Part shown: positions 22,440 through 33,925 of the stretch, piece by piece
Layout of the letters: the number at the start of each line of letters is the position of its first letter
How positions within the stretch are numbered: the stretch's first letter is position 1
Assembly (NCBI RefSeq): GCF_004010195.1
Contig: NC_057720.1
Location: forward strand, 14,412,381-14,475,302
DNA from: Chiloscyllium plagiosum
Lineage: Eukaryota
Length of the DNA: 62,922 nt
Reading direction: 5' to 3'
Translations under genes and position numbers: made by a program
The notes under the pieces: model-generated
Told to the model about the DNA's origin: nothing
What the model saw: the letters and a program-made list of their open reading frames with translations, nothing else
The model's database searches: none

Positions 22440-22715
22440 AAACTGCTAACCTTCTCTATCTGTCTAACCTCCCCCAGCCACTACACCCTTCCCTATCTCT
22501 CTAACCTTCCAAACCCACACACCTCCCTCTCTCTGTAACGTCTTCTAGTGTATACATTCCTCCCAATCTCTGAATCCTGATCCAGCAGCTCCATCTCTCC
22601 CTATCTCCATAATCTCCTCCAGCCACTACAGCCCTCCCTAACTTTGTAATCTTCTCCAGCCCCAATACTCCTCACTATGTCTGTAACCTCCACCAGCTCC
22701 TACAGTCCTCCCTGT
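22440..22715 (+). repeat. Degenerate C/T-rich tandem repeat, probably derived from an L2 3' region
   Basis: Recurrent CTCCCTATCTCTGTAACCTCCTCCAGCC-like units. Confidence 0.6.
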
Positions 22716-22738
22716 TGCTGTAAGGTACAGCAAGTGAA

Positions 22739-22991
22739 CTGCAGTATGGAAACACACCCTTCAGCCCAACAAGTCCACATCGACCTTCCGAGGAGTAACC
22801 CACCCAGACCAATGCCCCTACCCTATATTTAACCCTGACTATGGACCATTTAGCATGGCCAATGGAGCACCCGAAGGAAACCAGTGCAGAATGCGCAAAC
22901 TCCACACAGTCAGTTGCCCGAGGCTGGAATCAAACCTGGGTCCCTGGCGCTGTGCGGCAGCAGTGCTAACCACTGAGCCACCATGCTGCCC
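22739..22991 (-). mobile_element. HE1-type SINE with internal deletion
   Basis: Reverse complement of the SINE head and tail. Confidence 0.88.
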
Positions 22992-23624
22992 TAGAAGGCA
23001 CCATGCCACCCATTCAAGAAGGCAATTCACAACTCCGTTGGGCTGGGCAATAAATTCTGGCCAGCCAGTGATGCCCACATCCCACAAGTGGAAAAACAAA
23101 ACATCCCTCCTAATCAAACCCCACCACAATTTTAATTAGTATCTCTTTACAATTTTTGCAAATTGAATAAACAGCTCCTCAACCTCCCTTTAGGATGTAG
23201 CAGAAGGCAGCGTGAATGCCCGCATGTGTATTATCTGAATGTAATTAAACTAATTGAGTGTAAACCAGTACCCAGACAGGACCATAACCATGCATGCTCA
23301 GATTATAAATCAATTGTTCGACCAACTGAACTACCAAAGCCTTGTTTTTTTTGTATATCCTCAAATGAAACCCTGTTAATGTCTACCACCTGCAGACTAT
23401 GAATGTTCAGTTCACATCAGCTCAGTAACAAAAGCAACAAACATTGCGAAAAAGAAAACACAAACTCAATGCTTTTCATTTCGCACCCCTCAGCACTAGG
23501 GTACATGAAACGGAATTTATAAAGGGAACAACATTTTATACAGAATAAGATTTCACTCATCTTTGTTAATGAAAAGCTGTTGGTGGATCAGTGACTGGTC
23601 AGTACTAAGAAATAAGAACAATGA

Positions 23625-24190
23625 TGATAAGAATTAGGATCAGGAGTGTAATATTTAACCCCTCAAGTCTGCCGCACCATTATTTAAGATTCTGTCTGAT
23701 TTGACCTAGACATCAACTCCTCTTTAAGCCAGTTCTGCATAGAACTCAGCTCCTCAAGGTTCCAAAACTTGATCTACCTCCTCTTTAAATACTTCCCATG
23801 ATATAGCCTCCACAACTCTCTGGGATAAACAATTCCAGATGTTCACAAACCTCTGAGATTAGAAATTTTGTTACATCTCAGTTTTAAATGAATATCTCAT
23901 TATTCGGGAACTATTTTTAAGACTGAGATGGGTAGGTTCTTGATTATCAAGGGGATCAAGTGTTCTGGGGAGAAAGCAGGAGAATGGGGGTTGAGAATCT
24001 CATCAGCCATGATTGAATGGCGAAGTAGACTCAATGGGCTGAATGGTCCTATGTCTTATAGTCTTATTGTCTTATATCTTCTACTTTGAGATTTCCCAAA
24101 CTACAGGAAACATCTTCTCAACATCCGCCCTATCAAGCCCTCTCAAACTCCTGTGTGCTTCAGTGAGATCACCCCCTCGTTCTTCTTAAG
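23625..24190 (-). mobile_element. Old CR1 3' fragment with a nested plus-strand CR1 3' end (about 23915-24075)
   Basis: CR1-like 3' UTR sequence and TCTTAT-type tail repeats. Confidence 0.65.
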
Positions 24191-24525
24191 TGAGTCAGAA
24201 CACCTGCTGTTTGGTGTTACCATGCATAAGTGCAAAGTAATCACTTTTTTTGAAGTTCTACAGAGGAGAGGTGAAAATAGCAAGAGAATAATCATAGCAA
24301 CTCACGTATTTAGGTATGGCTTTGCAATATGACCAGCAATAAACTTCGTGACTTAGCAAATAGACTTCTGAAAACAATCAATCAGATAATTAAACCACCA
24401 GCAGACAGATTTTGCCACCAGAGTAATGACTTGTGACATGTTTAAATAGTGGAAGTCGGGTCAGAAGCCTAACATATTCCATTTTCAACACTCGAATTAT
24501 ACTGTTCAGCTTGTTGATTGTGTGC

Positions 24526-24559
24526 ATTACTCGTTATTACTCGTTATTACTCGTTATTA
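24526..24559. repeat. 10-bp tandem repeat (ATTACTCGTT), 3.4 copies
   Basis: Seen directly in the sequence. Confidence 0.95.
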
Positions 24560-24759
24560 TTAAGAATGAAATAGTAGTAAATATTGGCCTTGGCTGCATT
24601 TGCCTGCATAATAACAGTGATACACTTGAAAGGAATTCATCGTATATAGAATATTTTGAGGATGATTCTGAAAGGTGCAATGAGGCATGGTGCAAATGTA
24701 AGGTCTTTTTCTCAACCATGAGGTTTGCTTTATGATTATTGCTGAGCAGATGTTTGCAT

Positions 24760-25472
24760 GTGTCAGCTGTGGCTGAATTAATAACACTTTTAACCTCTGA
24801 AATGCAAGGTTTCTGGGATCAAACCTCGCTCCAGGACCTGAGCATGAAAATCCAGGTTAATCCTCTGATGTAGTTCTGAAAGAATGCTGTACTGCTGGAG
24901 CCATTAAGTTGATGTCCTCTCTGCCCCCTGAGGTGAGTATAAATTATCCCACGGTGGTACTTTGAAAAAGAGCAGGGAAGTTATCCAGGGAAGTTGTCCC
25001 AAATAATATTTATCCCACAGTTAAGTGGGAGTCCGAACGATGGTTCAGTAGTTAGCACTGCTGCCTCACAGAGCCAGGGACCTGGGTACAATTCCAGCCT
25101 CAGATGTGACATTTACACATTGTCCCCATGGTTGCATGGGTACCCTCTGGGTGCTCCGGTTTTGTCCCACAGTCCAGGGATGTGTACATTAGGTGGATTG
25201 GCCATGAGAAGTGCAAGGTTACAGGGATAGTGTAGGGAGGTGTGTCTGTGAGGATTGGTGCGGGTTCGATGCGCCAGATGGCCTGCTTCCACAAGTAGGA
25301 ATTCTATGAAGGAAAGCAGACTATCTGCTCATTATCACATTGTTGTTGATGGAACCTTGCTTTGTGCAAATTGGCTGCTACGTTTCCTACCTTATAATGA
25401 TGACTACACTTCAGATCATCTTCATTGGCTATAAATTGCTCTGTGTTGGTCTTGTGGTCATAAAACGTACCA
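24760..25472 (+). mobile_element. Near-complete Deu-domain SINE interrupted by an HE1-type SINE
   Basis: tRNA-like head; AAGAGCAGGGAAGTTATCC; CATTATCACATTG..CAAATTGGCTGC..GACTACACTTCA..CTTCATTGGCT tail. Confidence 0.75.
25027..25309 (+). mobile_element. Older HE1-type SINE
   Basis: GTTAGCACTGCTGCCTCACAG head; TTCTATGA tail. Confidence 0.85.
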
Positions 25473-25477
25473 TCAAG

Positions 25478-25595
25478 GGGCCCTCATGTGGCACAGTCGC
25501 ACTGTCCTTACTCCTGGACCAGGAGGCTTGGGTTCAAGTCCCCTTTGCTTCAGAGGTTTGTCGTAAGATCTCTGAATAAGTTGATTAGAAGAATA
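25478..25595 (+). mobile_element. Short tRNA-derived SINE-like element
   Basis: A box TGGCACAG and B box GGTTCAAGTCC; a weaker similar element lies at about 22090. Confidence 0.5.
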
Positions 25596-25894
25596 GTTCA
25601 TTTTTAAAAGTCTGCACAAAAAGCAAACCATTCATTTCCAATTGTGTCCCCAGTTTCCACAGGAAAAGTGTAAGCTTCAATCTCCACCCTCAACTGAAGC
25701 ATTAAACCCTCTCATACAAATAACACGACCCTCTCCAGAACACAATGTTGCCATCTACCTTGTCTTGGAGATCAGCTTTTGGGCTGAATGATGTTTTTTT
25801 CTATCACTTCCAGACAACTTTCAACCAAATGTTCCAGAAGTAGATTATTGACACATACTCTATGGTATTGCAGCCTGCCTATCAATGTGACCAT

Positions 25895-26250
25895 CCACAC
25901 CTCCAACAGTGGCCTAACCAATGTCCTGTACAGCCGCAACATGACCTCCCAACTCCTGTACTCAATACTTTGACCAATAAAGGAAGTATACCAAAAGCCT
26001 TCTTCACTATCCTATCTACCTGCGACTCCACTTTCAAGGAGCTATGAACCTGCACTCCAAGGTCTCTTTGTTCAGCAACACTTCCTAGGACCCTACCCTT
26101 AAGTGTATTAGTCCTGCTAAGATTTGCCTTCCCAAAATGTAGCACCTCACATTTATCTAAATTAAACTCCATATGCCACTTCTCAGCCCATTGGCCCATC
26201 TGATCAAGATCCCATTGTAATCTGAGGTAACCTTCTTCGCTGTCCACTAC
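25895..26250 (-). mobile_element. CR1 RT fragment
   Basis: WAEKWHMEFNLDKCEVLHFG..QRDLGVQVHSSL. Confidence 0.92.
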
Positions 26251-26339
26251 ACAAGAAACCATCAAATGTTTACATGGTGAAGTTGGGACTAAGTTGGGTT
26301 CTCTAATGGGCATTTTCAGGGATAAATTCAGAAAGTTTG

Positions 26340-26480
26340 GAATTCTAAAGAAGAATCATATTGAAGTTGAAACATTAACTCTGTTTCTTCTCTACAGATG
26401 CTGTCAGACCTGCTGAGTTTCTCTAGCACTTCCTGTTGTTTTTATCCCAATCTACAGCATCTAGGCTATTTTGCTTCTAT
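26340..26480 (+). mobile_element. Decayed PLE 3' end
   Basis: GAAACATTAACTCTG..CAGATGCTGTCAGACCTGCTGAG. Confidence 0.65.
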
Positions 26481-26664
26481 TTTGCCATTTTCGGGGGGTT
26501 GCCTCCAAGCCTATGTGCCCATCAACTCTTGCCAATACACTTTGCTGCTTGAGAAATTGCAGAAATGGCACATGTTCCAATGCACAAAACATTTGAAAGT
26601 CCTCACTTTACACTATCCAATTATGACAGGCTCTGCCCCTGAAGTGAAAAGGTATTACAAAGAA

Positions 26665-26779
26665 CTAAGGACTGGTAGAAGCAAAAACAGAAATTTCTGG
26701 AAAAGCTCAGCGGGTCTGGCAGCGCCGGTGCAGAGAATTCAGAGTTAACGTTTCGGGAATGGTGACCCTTCCTCAGAAG
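26665..26779 (-). mobile_element. PLE 3' end with a hammerhead-like motif (26744-26779)
   Basis: Minus strand CTGAGGA-A-GGG-TCACCATT-CCC-GAAACGTT. Confidence 0.7.
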
Positions 26780-27224
26780 CTTGGTGGATGTTGTGAAGCA
26801 TGAATTTTTAACTTTTTAAAATTTATTGAAAACTAAAGTGTGCTTATAAATTGTCTGCCACATTTGCCTACATAATAATGTCAGTTCCTTTCAGAAGCAT
26901 TGCATTGGCTGTGATGGGGTCTGATAATGTAACAAAATGTATTTGTGACTTGCTTCTTTCTTGTATTAGAAATTTCAGTAGCTGAGGGAAAAAAGTGCAT
27001 GTTGACTTTCTTTGAGAAAGCATTTTGATTGATTTGTGGGGAAAACATATTAAAACATCACCTCCTGAAGTGACACCTAATGGCAATGACAAGTAATAAT
27101 GATGTCTGACATTGCCCTTTGGCACTGGGGATCTTGCATGTAGAGCACCACCCAGTGGTAGCATAGAGAAGCAAAAACTAGAGGCAAGTGCTGAAACTCA
27201 AAGATGTCAAGATAAATAGACATA

Positions 27225-27435
27225 AGACTCAAAACATAAACGAGACAAGCAGGAGGCTGGAAGAACACAGCAAGCCAGGCAGCATCAGGAAGTGGAGAAG
27301 TCGATGTTTTAGATATAATCCTTCTCGAAATGTTGCTTTCTCCACTTCCTGAATGAAGGGCCTGTACTGCGCTGTAATGTTCTATGCTTTATGATGTTAC
27401 CTGGCTTGCTATGTTTTTCAAGTTCCTGCTTATTT
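27225..27435. mobile_element. Inverted pair of PLE ends with a small CR1 tail inserted
   Basis: CAGCAAGCCAGGCAGCATCAGGAAGTGGAGAA is opposed to TTCTCCACTTCCTGA..CCTGGCTTGCT. Confidence 0.6.
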
Positions 27436-27475
27436 GCCTTTCCAAAATACAGCACCTCACATTTATTTAAATTAA

Positions 27476-28034
27476 GACCCTATACAGACAGCAAGCAAAA
27501 CTATGTTATTTACAAAATACTGTGCAAGGACTATAACAAACACTACATTGGACAAACAGGCAGAAAACTAGCTACCAGCATACATGAACATCAACTAGCC
27601 ACTAAACAACATGACCGTCTCTCACTAGTATCCTTACATACAATGAGGAAGGGACACCACTTCGACTGAGACAACATATCCATCCTAGGACAAGCCAAAC
27701 AGAGACACAGACAAGAATTCCTAGAAGCATGGCATTCCAACAGGAACTCTATTAACACATCAAGTTAGACCCCATCTACTACCCCCTGAGAAAAATAATA
27801 GGAAGTGACATCACCACAGGAAATGATGTCACCCTAGGAAATGACATCACTATCCCAAAGAAACCCAAACATATAAATAGAAAGCAGGAATTATCAACAG
27901 TCCTTCACCCGGAAGCCCACTGAAGATGTAACCTAGTAGGGTGACGAAACATCTGGAAATGAACCTTCCAGCACAGCGAGCAAACCTACATCCAGAACCT
28001 CAACCAGAGCTACAAATCTTCTCAAAACTCACTA
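27476..28034 (+). mobile_element. Second PLE lineage: GIY-YIG endonuclease remnant plus 3' repeat, inserted in a CR1 fragment
   Basis: VIYKILCKDYNKHYIGQTGRKL..IHEH..FLEAWHS; 11-bp TSD AT(T/C)TAAATTAA (27465-27475, 28035-28045). Confidence 0.9.
27917..27956 (+). ncRNA. Minimal hammerhead ribozyme motif
   Basis: CCA-CTGAAGA-T-GTAACC-TAGTAG-GGTGAC-GAAACATC-TGG. Confidence 0.7.
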
Positions 28035-28359
28035 ATCTAAATTAAACTCCATCTGCCACTCCTCAGCCCATTGGTCCATCTGATCATCTTCAAAAGTATT
28101 TTATCAACTTAGAATATCCTCAGGTTGTGAAAGAGATTCTACAAATACAATTTTTTCTAGTTTATAATAGGGTCACTGCAAGTGTTCCTACAGCTGGCTG
28201 TATGGTCCCTGGCTATGAGAACTGAGAACATCAATTAAACCAACATGCTCATGATCACTATCCAGTGAAACTTGCTGGAAACATTCCTGTCTGGATATTA
28301 TATCAGGATGAGATTACGTTTGATTCCGATGTCCTTAATAGTCACAGTACTTGCTGTTA

Positions 28360-28560
28360 ACAACAACTTGCATTTATATAGTGCAGTTAACTGTGTAAAA
28401 CAGTCCAAGGAGTATTTTCAAGCAGTCTATCACAGTAAGCAATATAGCCAGAGCTGCAGGTGATGAAAAGCTTGGACAAAGAGGTAGGTTTTAAGGCATG
28501 ACTTAAACAGGTAGAGAGAAAGAGAAATGGCAAAGGTTAGGGAGGGAACTCTAAAGCTTT
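28360..28560 (-). mobile_element. L2-like LINE 3' end, decayed
   Basis: AACAACAACTTGCATTTATATAGTGC..GAGGTAGGTTTTAAGG. Confidence 0.55.
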
Positions 28561-28594
28561 GGGTTTCGGCAGCAGTAGGCAAACGGTGGTAATA

Positions 28595-28770
28595 GCAGTT
28601 CAGACAGCATCCGAGGAGCAGTAAAATCGACGTTTCGGGCAAAAGCCCTTCATCAGGCAAGTCATGGGGACAGTGCTGAGCTGGAAGTTTGGAGCTGGGG
28701 TGAGGTGGGGGAAGGGGAAATGAGGAAACTGTTGAAGTCCACATTGATGCCCTGGGGTTAAAGTGTTCCG
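28595..28770 (-). mobile_element. PLE fragment with an intact hammerhead core (28625-28658)
   Basis: Minus strand CTGATGA-A-GGGC-TTTT-GCCC-GAAACGTC. Confidence 0.85.
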
Positions 28771-29374
28771 GCTGTCCCCATGACTTGTGCCAGAAACAGA
28801 ACACAGCAGATATTTCGGAAGGTTCGAGGACAGGAGCTGGTTCCAGCCTTTCAGATTTTTAAACAAAGATAAAAATGATAAAATCACACCTCACATATAA
28901 ACATTGGATGGTGGCAAAGGACAAGTAAGCACTTTGAGGAATAGATTGGAAAATATTAATATCTATCCATGTAATATTCAATCCAACAGCTAGTGTCAGG
29001 TCAGCCTTAATTCTTTTTCATAAGGAGATACATATGTACAGACATCATTAATAAACCTTTTCAGATCTGAAATTGCATGAGTTACAATCAGATGAAGTTA
29101 TTAATTTAAATGTCTATGGGAATTGCTGAGAAACCAGGCCTACAGTCTTCAGTCTCGGCAAAATTACCAAAAGCAGATCTTTAGAGTGACTGGGATAGGG
29201 ACTACATGAACAAAAAACAGGACACAATTCCTGAACTCTCCTGGAAGTGTGTGGAGATTGACAGACTGTGTAATGAAAGGACTGGTCTCAGCTGCTGCCC
29301 CCACTGGTACAAGGGCCTGGAAACACTTCATGGCCAAGATTTACAAATGATGACACATGTAAAGTCTAGGTACG

Positions 29375-30873
29375 TAGAGTCATAGAGTTGTACAGCGTGA
29401 AAACAGACCCTTCGATACAACTCATCCATGCTGACCAGATATGCCAATCCAATCCAGTCCCACCTGCCAGCACCTGGCCCATATCCTTCCAAACCCTTCC
29501 TATTCATATACCCATCCAAATGCTTCTAAAATGTTGCAATTGTACCAGCCTCCACCACTTCCTCTGGCAGCTCATTCCATACATGTACTACCCTCTGTGT
29601 GAAAAAGTTGCCCCTTACGTCTCTTTCATATCTTTCCTCTCTCACCTTAAACCTATACTCTCTAGTTCTGGATTTTCCCACCCCAGGGAAAAGACTTTGT
29701 CTATTTATCCTATCCATGCCCCTCATAATTATGTAAACCTCTATAAGGTCACCCCTCAGCCTCCGACGCTCCAGGGAAAACAGCCCCAGCCTGTTCAGCC
29801 TCTTCTTATAGCTCAAATCCTCCAACCCTGGCAACATCCTTGCAAATCATTTCTGAACTCTTTCAAGTTTCACAACATCTTTCCGATAGGAAGGAGACCA
29901 GAATTGCACACAATATTCCAACAGTGACCTAACCAATGTCCTGTACAGCCGCAACATGACCTCCCAACTCCTGTACTCAATACTCTGACCAATAAAGGAA
30001 AGCATACCAAATGNNNNNNNNNNNNNNNNNNNNNNNNNNNNNNNNNNNNNNNNNNNNNNNNNNNNNNNNNNNNNNNNNNNNNNNNNNNNNNNNNNNNNNN
30101 NNNNNNNNNNNNNNNNNNNNNNNNNNNNNNNNNNNNNNNNNNNNNNNNNNNNNNNNNNNNNNNNNNNNNNNNNNNNNNNNNNNNNNNNNNNNNNNNNNNN
30201 NNNNNNNNNNNNNNNNNNNNNNNNNNNNNNNNNNNNNNNNNNNNNNNNNNNNNNNNNNNNNNNNNNNNNNNNNNNNNNNNNNNNNNNNNNNNNNNNNNNN
30301 NNNNNNNNNNNNNNNNNNNNNNNNNNNNNNNNNNNNNNNNNNNNNNNNNNNNNNNNNNNNNNNNNNNNNNNNNNNNNNNNNNNNNNNNNNNNNNNNNNNN
30401 NNNNNNNNNNNNNNNNNNNNNNNNNNNNNNNNNNNNNNNNNNNNNNNNNNNNNNNNNNNNNNNNNNNNNNNNNNNNNNNNNNNNNNNNNNNNNNNNNNNN
30501 NNNNNNNNNNNNNNNNNNNNNNNNNNNNNNNNNNNNNNNNNNNNNNNNNNNNNNNNNNNNNNNNNNNNNNNNNNNNNNNNNNNNNNNNNNNNNNNNNNNN
30601 NNNNNNNNNNNNNNNNNNNNNNNNNNNNNNNNNNNNNNNNNNNNNNNNNNNNNNNNNNNNNNNNNNNNNNNNNNNNNNNNNNNNNNNNNNNNNNNCAGTC
30701 TTCCGGCACCTCACCTGTGATTATCGATGATACAAATATCTCAGCAAGAGGTCCAGCAATCACTTCTCTAGCTTCCCATAGAGTTGTAGGGTACACCTGA
30801 TCAGATCCTGAGGATTTATCACCTTTATGCATTTCAAGACATCCAGCACTTCCTCCTCTGTAATGTGGACATT
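29375..30873 (-). mobile_element. 5'-truncated CR1 (HER1-like); contains gap 30014-30695
   Basis: KSSGSDQVYP..IAGPLAEIF; RRRLRGDLIEVY; tail at 29375. Confidence 0.93.
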
Positions 30874-30927
30874 CTAAATTAATCTATTTCCATTTGCCAG
30901 CATTTGGCCATTGTCACTCTATGGCCC

Positions 30928-31093
30928 ATGCCCCTTAATTAGCTACTCGCTGTTATCTAGTGAGAAACGTATTGCACCGCTTGTGAAAAACGTTAAAGAT
31001 GGATGGAGATGCACATGTTGTTGAAATCAGCATTGCCAGTTTTCTCACCCAATTCTACCAGAAATCTCATCACAGCCCACATCATTCAGACCT
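30928..31093 (+). mobile_element. Partial second copy of the right end of the 31261-32477 element
   Basis: Aligns by eye to about 32295-32461 (TATCTAGTGAGAAAC..TTCTCACCCAATTC..AGAAATCTCATCA). Confidence 0.8.
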
Positions 31094-31260
31094 ATTCATT
31101 TATACATCCAGATGCTTTTTAAATGTTGCAATTGTACCAGCCTCCACCACACATGATCTGCAGAGTGAAATGGTCTGCCAAGCATTTAGAGTGAAAACAA
31201 GAAGGATGAAACTGGAGAGAATTTGAAGAAGCTATAATCAAACTTTAAAACAGGTAATGT

Positions 31261-32477
31261 GGCCCAAATCTTACGGTCACCCAGATTGTCAAAGGCTGGA
31301 TATAAGAAGTCCTCATGCATTTGCTCAATGGGAATTGTCTGGGAAGCTTGAACTGTGATCGGCAATTCCTCTCAGCTCCCTGAGTCCTTCAGCAAAACTC
31401 CCCAACTGAATTAGATCTGTTAGAGACTTTGATCTGTTCTGATACACTGAATTGAATAGTTGCCCAGGAAACGTTAAACAGATGAGTGTCACGTCTAGCT
31501 CCTAAGCAAGTATAAAACTGGCTCCCCTGACCAAGTCCCTTAACCCCACTCCTCCCCAAACGCAAACCATCACCTGCCTTTGACCCACTTAACTCCCTCA
31601 TTAGACCCTTGACTCCATCCCGACTGTCTCCAACTGCAACTAACTGAATCCTACCAGCCAACTCTTCTCCACTCACCCTCAAACTTCCATGGATCTCCCC
31701 AAAATCACCACACCAACTCACTGACTCTTCCCCCCCACCAATCTGATTTGACAAGCCGCCATGTTAAAATAGTCTCAGCTGTCTGGAAGAATGCCCTGCA
31801 CTGTAGGAAGAAGGTCAAAGACTTTCCCTATTCCACCTGCAGCTTCCCTCTGGTACATCCCACTCATTTTATCTCTGCTGTACCAACCTTCCACCAAGAT
31901 TCCTGCTCTACCACTCTGACAATTGCCCGAAATTTTCCCTCATTCAATTGCATCTACCCTAAACCCTAACACTGCTAACCTTTCATGCCAATGAGGTGCC
32001 GTGCATTGAGTACAGAAGCATTCTGGAAGTGGATAGGTGATGTGCCACGAGCGTCTTTGGAGGCTGGCACAGATTGGATGCCAATGTCTATGGGTATGGG
32101 TTCTTTGTGACCAGAGCATGACCTAAGAGGTCAGTGTTTGGTGTCCAACATGGAGATTCTACAGGGCAAAAGGCCAGCTGAATTCACCAAGTACCTGTTC
32201 TGGTTTCCTTGTCCAGTTTTCTCAATTTCCGGCTTGTTTGGCACACTTGGTAAAAGTGGATGTTGAACATTAACAAGGCATTTAATCAGCAATAATGCCC
32301 CTTCTTTAGCAACTTGCTTCTATCTAGTGAGAAACTCACTGCACCCACTTGTGTAAAACATTAAAGATAGATGGAAACGCGCATACTGTTGAAATCGACA
32401 TGACCAGATTTCTCACCCAATTCGGCCAGAAATCTCATCAGAGCCCACATCACTCAGACCCCTATAAGATTCTGCCC
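31261..32477. mobile_element. Putative non-autonomous DNA transposon (possibly PIF/Harbinger-like)
   Basis: Imperfect TIRs GGCCCAAATCTTACGG and CTATAAGATTCTGCCC (11/16 match); no ORF. Confidence 0.5.
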
Positions 32478-33595
32478 AAAGTGTAATATTAAACTACATG
32501 ATAAAAAAGAATCTGCTGACTCAGAGGGGAGAGTGCTGCTAACAAAACCTTGCAAGAGGAGATATCTAAAATTATGTTCGATTTACAGCGCAAGAATAAC
32601 CCATCCCAGAGGGTCCATGGGATGTTTATGCTCCAAATGAGGCTCCTCCTACCCCTCATCATCTCACCCTCTTCATGTATCCTATTATTTCATTCTTCTT
32701 TCATGTGTTTATACACCTTCCCCTTAAACACATCCAAACTATTCATCTTGATTACTTGCTGTGGTAATATATCCCATATTCTAACCATTACCTGCATAAA
32801 ACCTTTCTTCTGAATTCCGTATTGGATTTATGATATCTAACTTATTGATTTCAACATCACTTCATTTTCGTCCCCTCATGAGAGGAAACATGATATTTGA
32901 TTTAATTGTCACATGTATTCAAGTACAGGAGTACAATGAAAATGCAAAATGTCAACACACAAGGTGTCATCTCAGGCCCAAGTACCTGCGTACAGAATCT
33001 AAAGAACAAGACAGAAATAAAGAACAAAGGTAAAAATTGAAGATTGCAGTAATTATAGTGTAGCATAAAACATACAAAATAAGGCTGATAGTTACAAGCA
33101 TCTACCCAGTCGAACCGTTCAATAGTTTTAAAGGTTTCTATTAGGTTAGTTCCTCTGCCTATCCCTTACTACAGAGAACTAGGGTAGAACTTGAGCCTAC
33201 TGCAGAATAATCTGTTCACAAGCCGGAAACTACATCACACGTATTAATAAATTAGCAAGGAGGTCTGGAATGTTCACCCCTGTTAAAACATGCCAGATAC
33301 AGCGTGTGATGAATTGAAGTTTTGATTTTTGTAATGCTGCACTCTGGATGACCCTGCACACTTGAACCTTATTTATTGCTGCGATTTCAAACACATCAGA
33401 TTTTTTTTTAAAAGGAGTTTGAGTGTGTACAGCTATCGCTACAGTACATGAGCAGCTGTTCAGCAATTGGTCACTGCACAAACTGAAATTCCACGTCCTC
33501 CGCAGACACAACAATGAAGTTCTACATTCAAGTAAAATAAATTGCTTGTTTACATGGATCTACAATGAGAATTTAAACTACAATATTTATAAGTA

Positions 33596-33925
33596 TCATA
33601 GAGTCCCTGGTGTGGAAGCAGGCCTTTGAGTTCACACCAACAGTTGGAGAGCATTCCATCCAGATCCAGACGCCTATCCTAATCCTGTAACCCTGCATTT
33701 CCAATCATTAATCCACCTTGCTTGCACATCCCTGCACACTATGGGTAACTTAATGTGACCCACCCACCTAATCTGCACATCTTTGGACTGTGGGGAGAAA
33801 CTGGAACAAATTCACATTGATATGGGGAGAATGTGCCAACTCCACACAGACAGTCACCCGAGGCTGGAATTGAACTTGGGTCTCTGATACTGTGAGGCAG
33901 CAGTGCTTACCACTGAGATGCCATG
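33596..33925 (-). mobile_element. Older HE1-type SINE
   Basis: Reverse complement of the SINE head, body and tail. Confidence 0.88.

Noticed and set aside
4867..30832. Long ORFs filled with X
   Set aside because: They only span assembly N gaps
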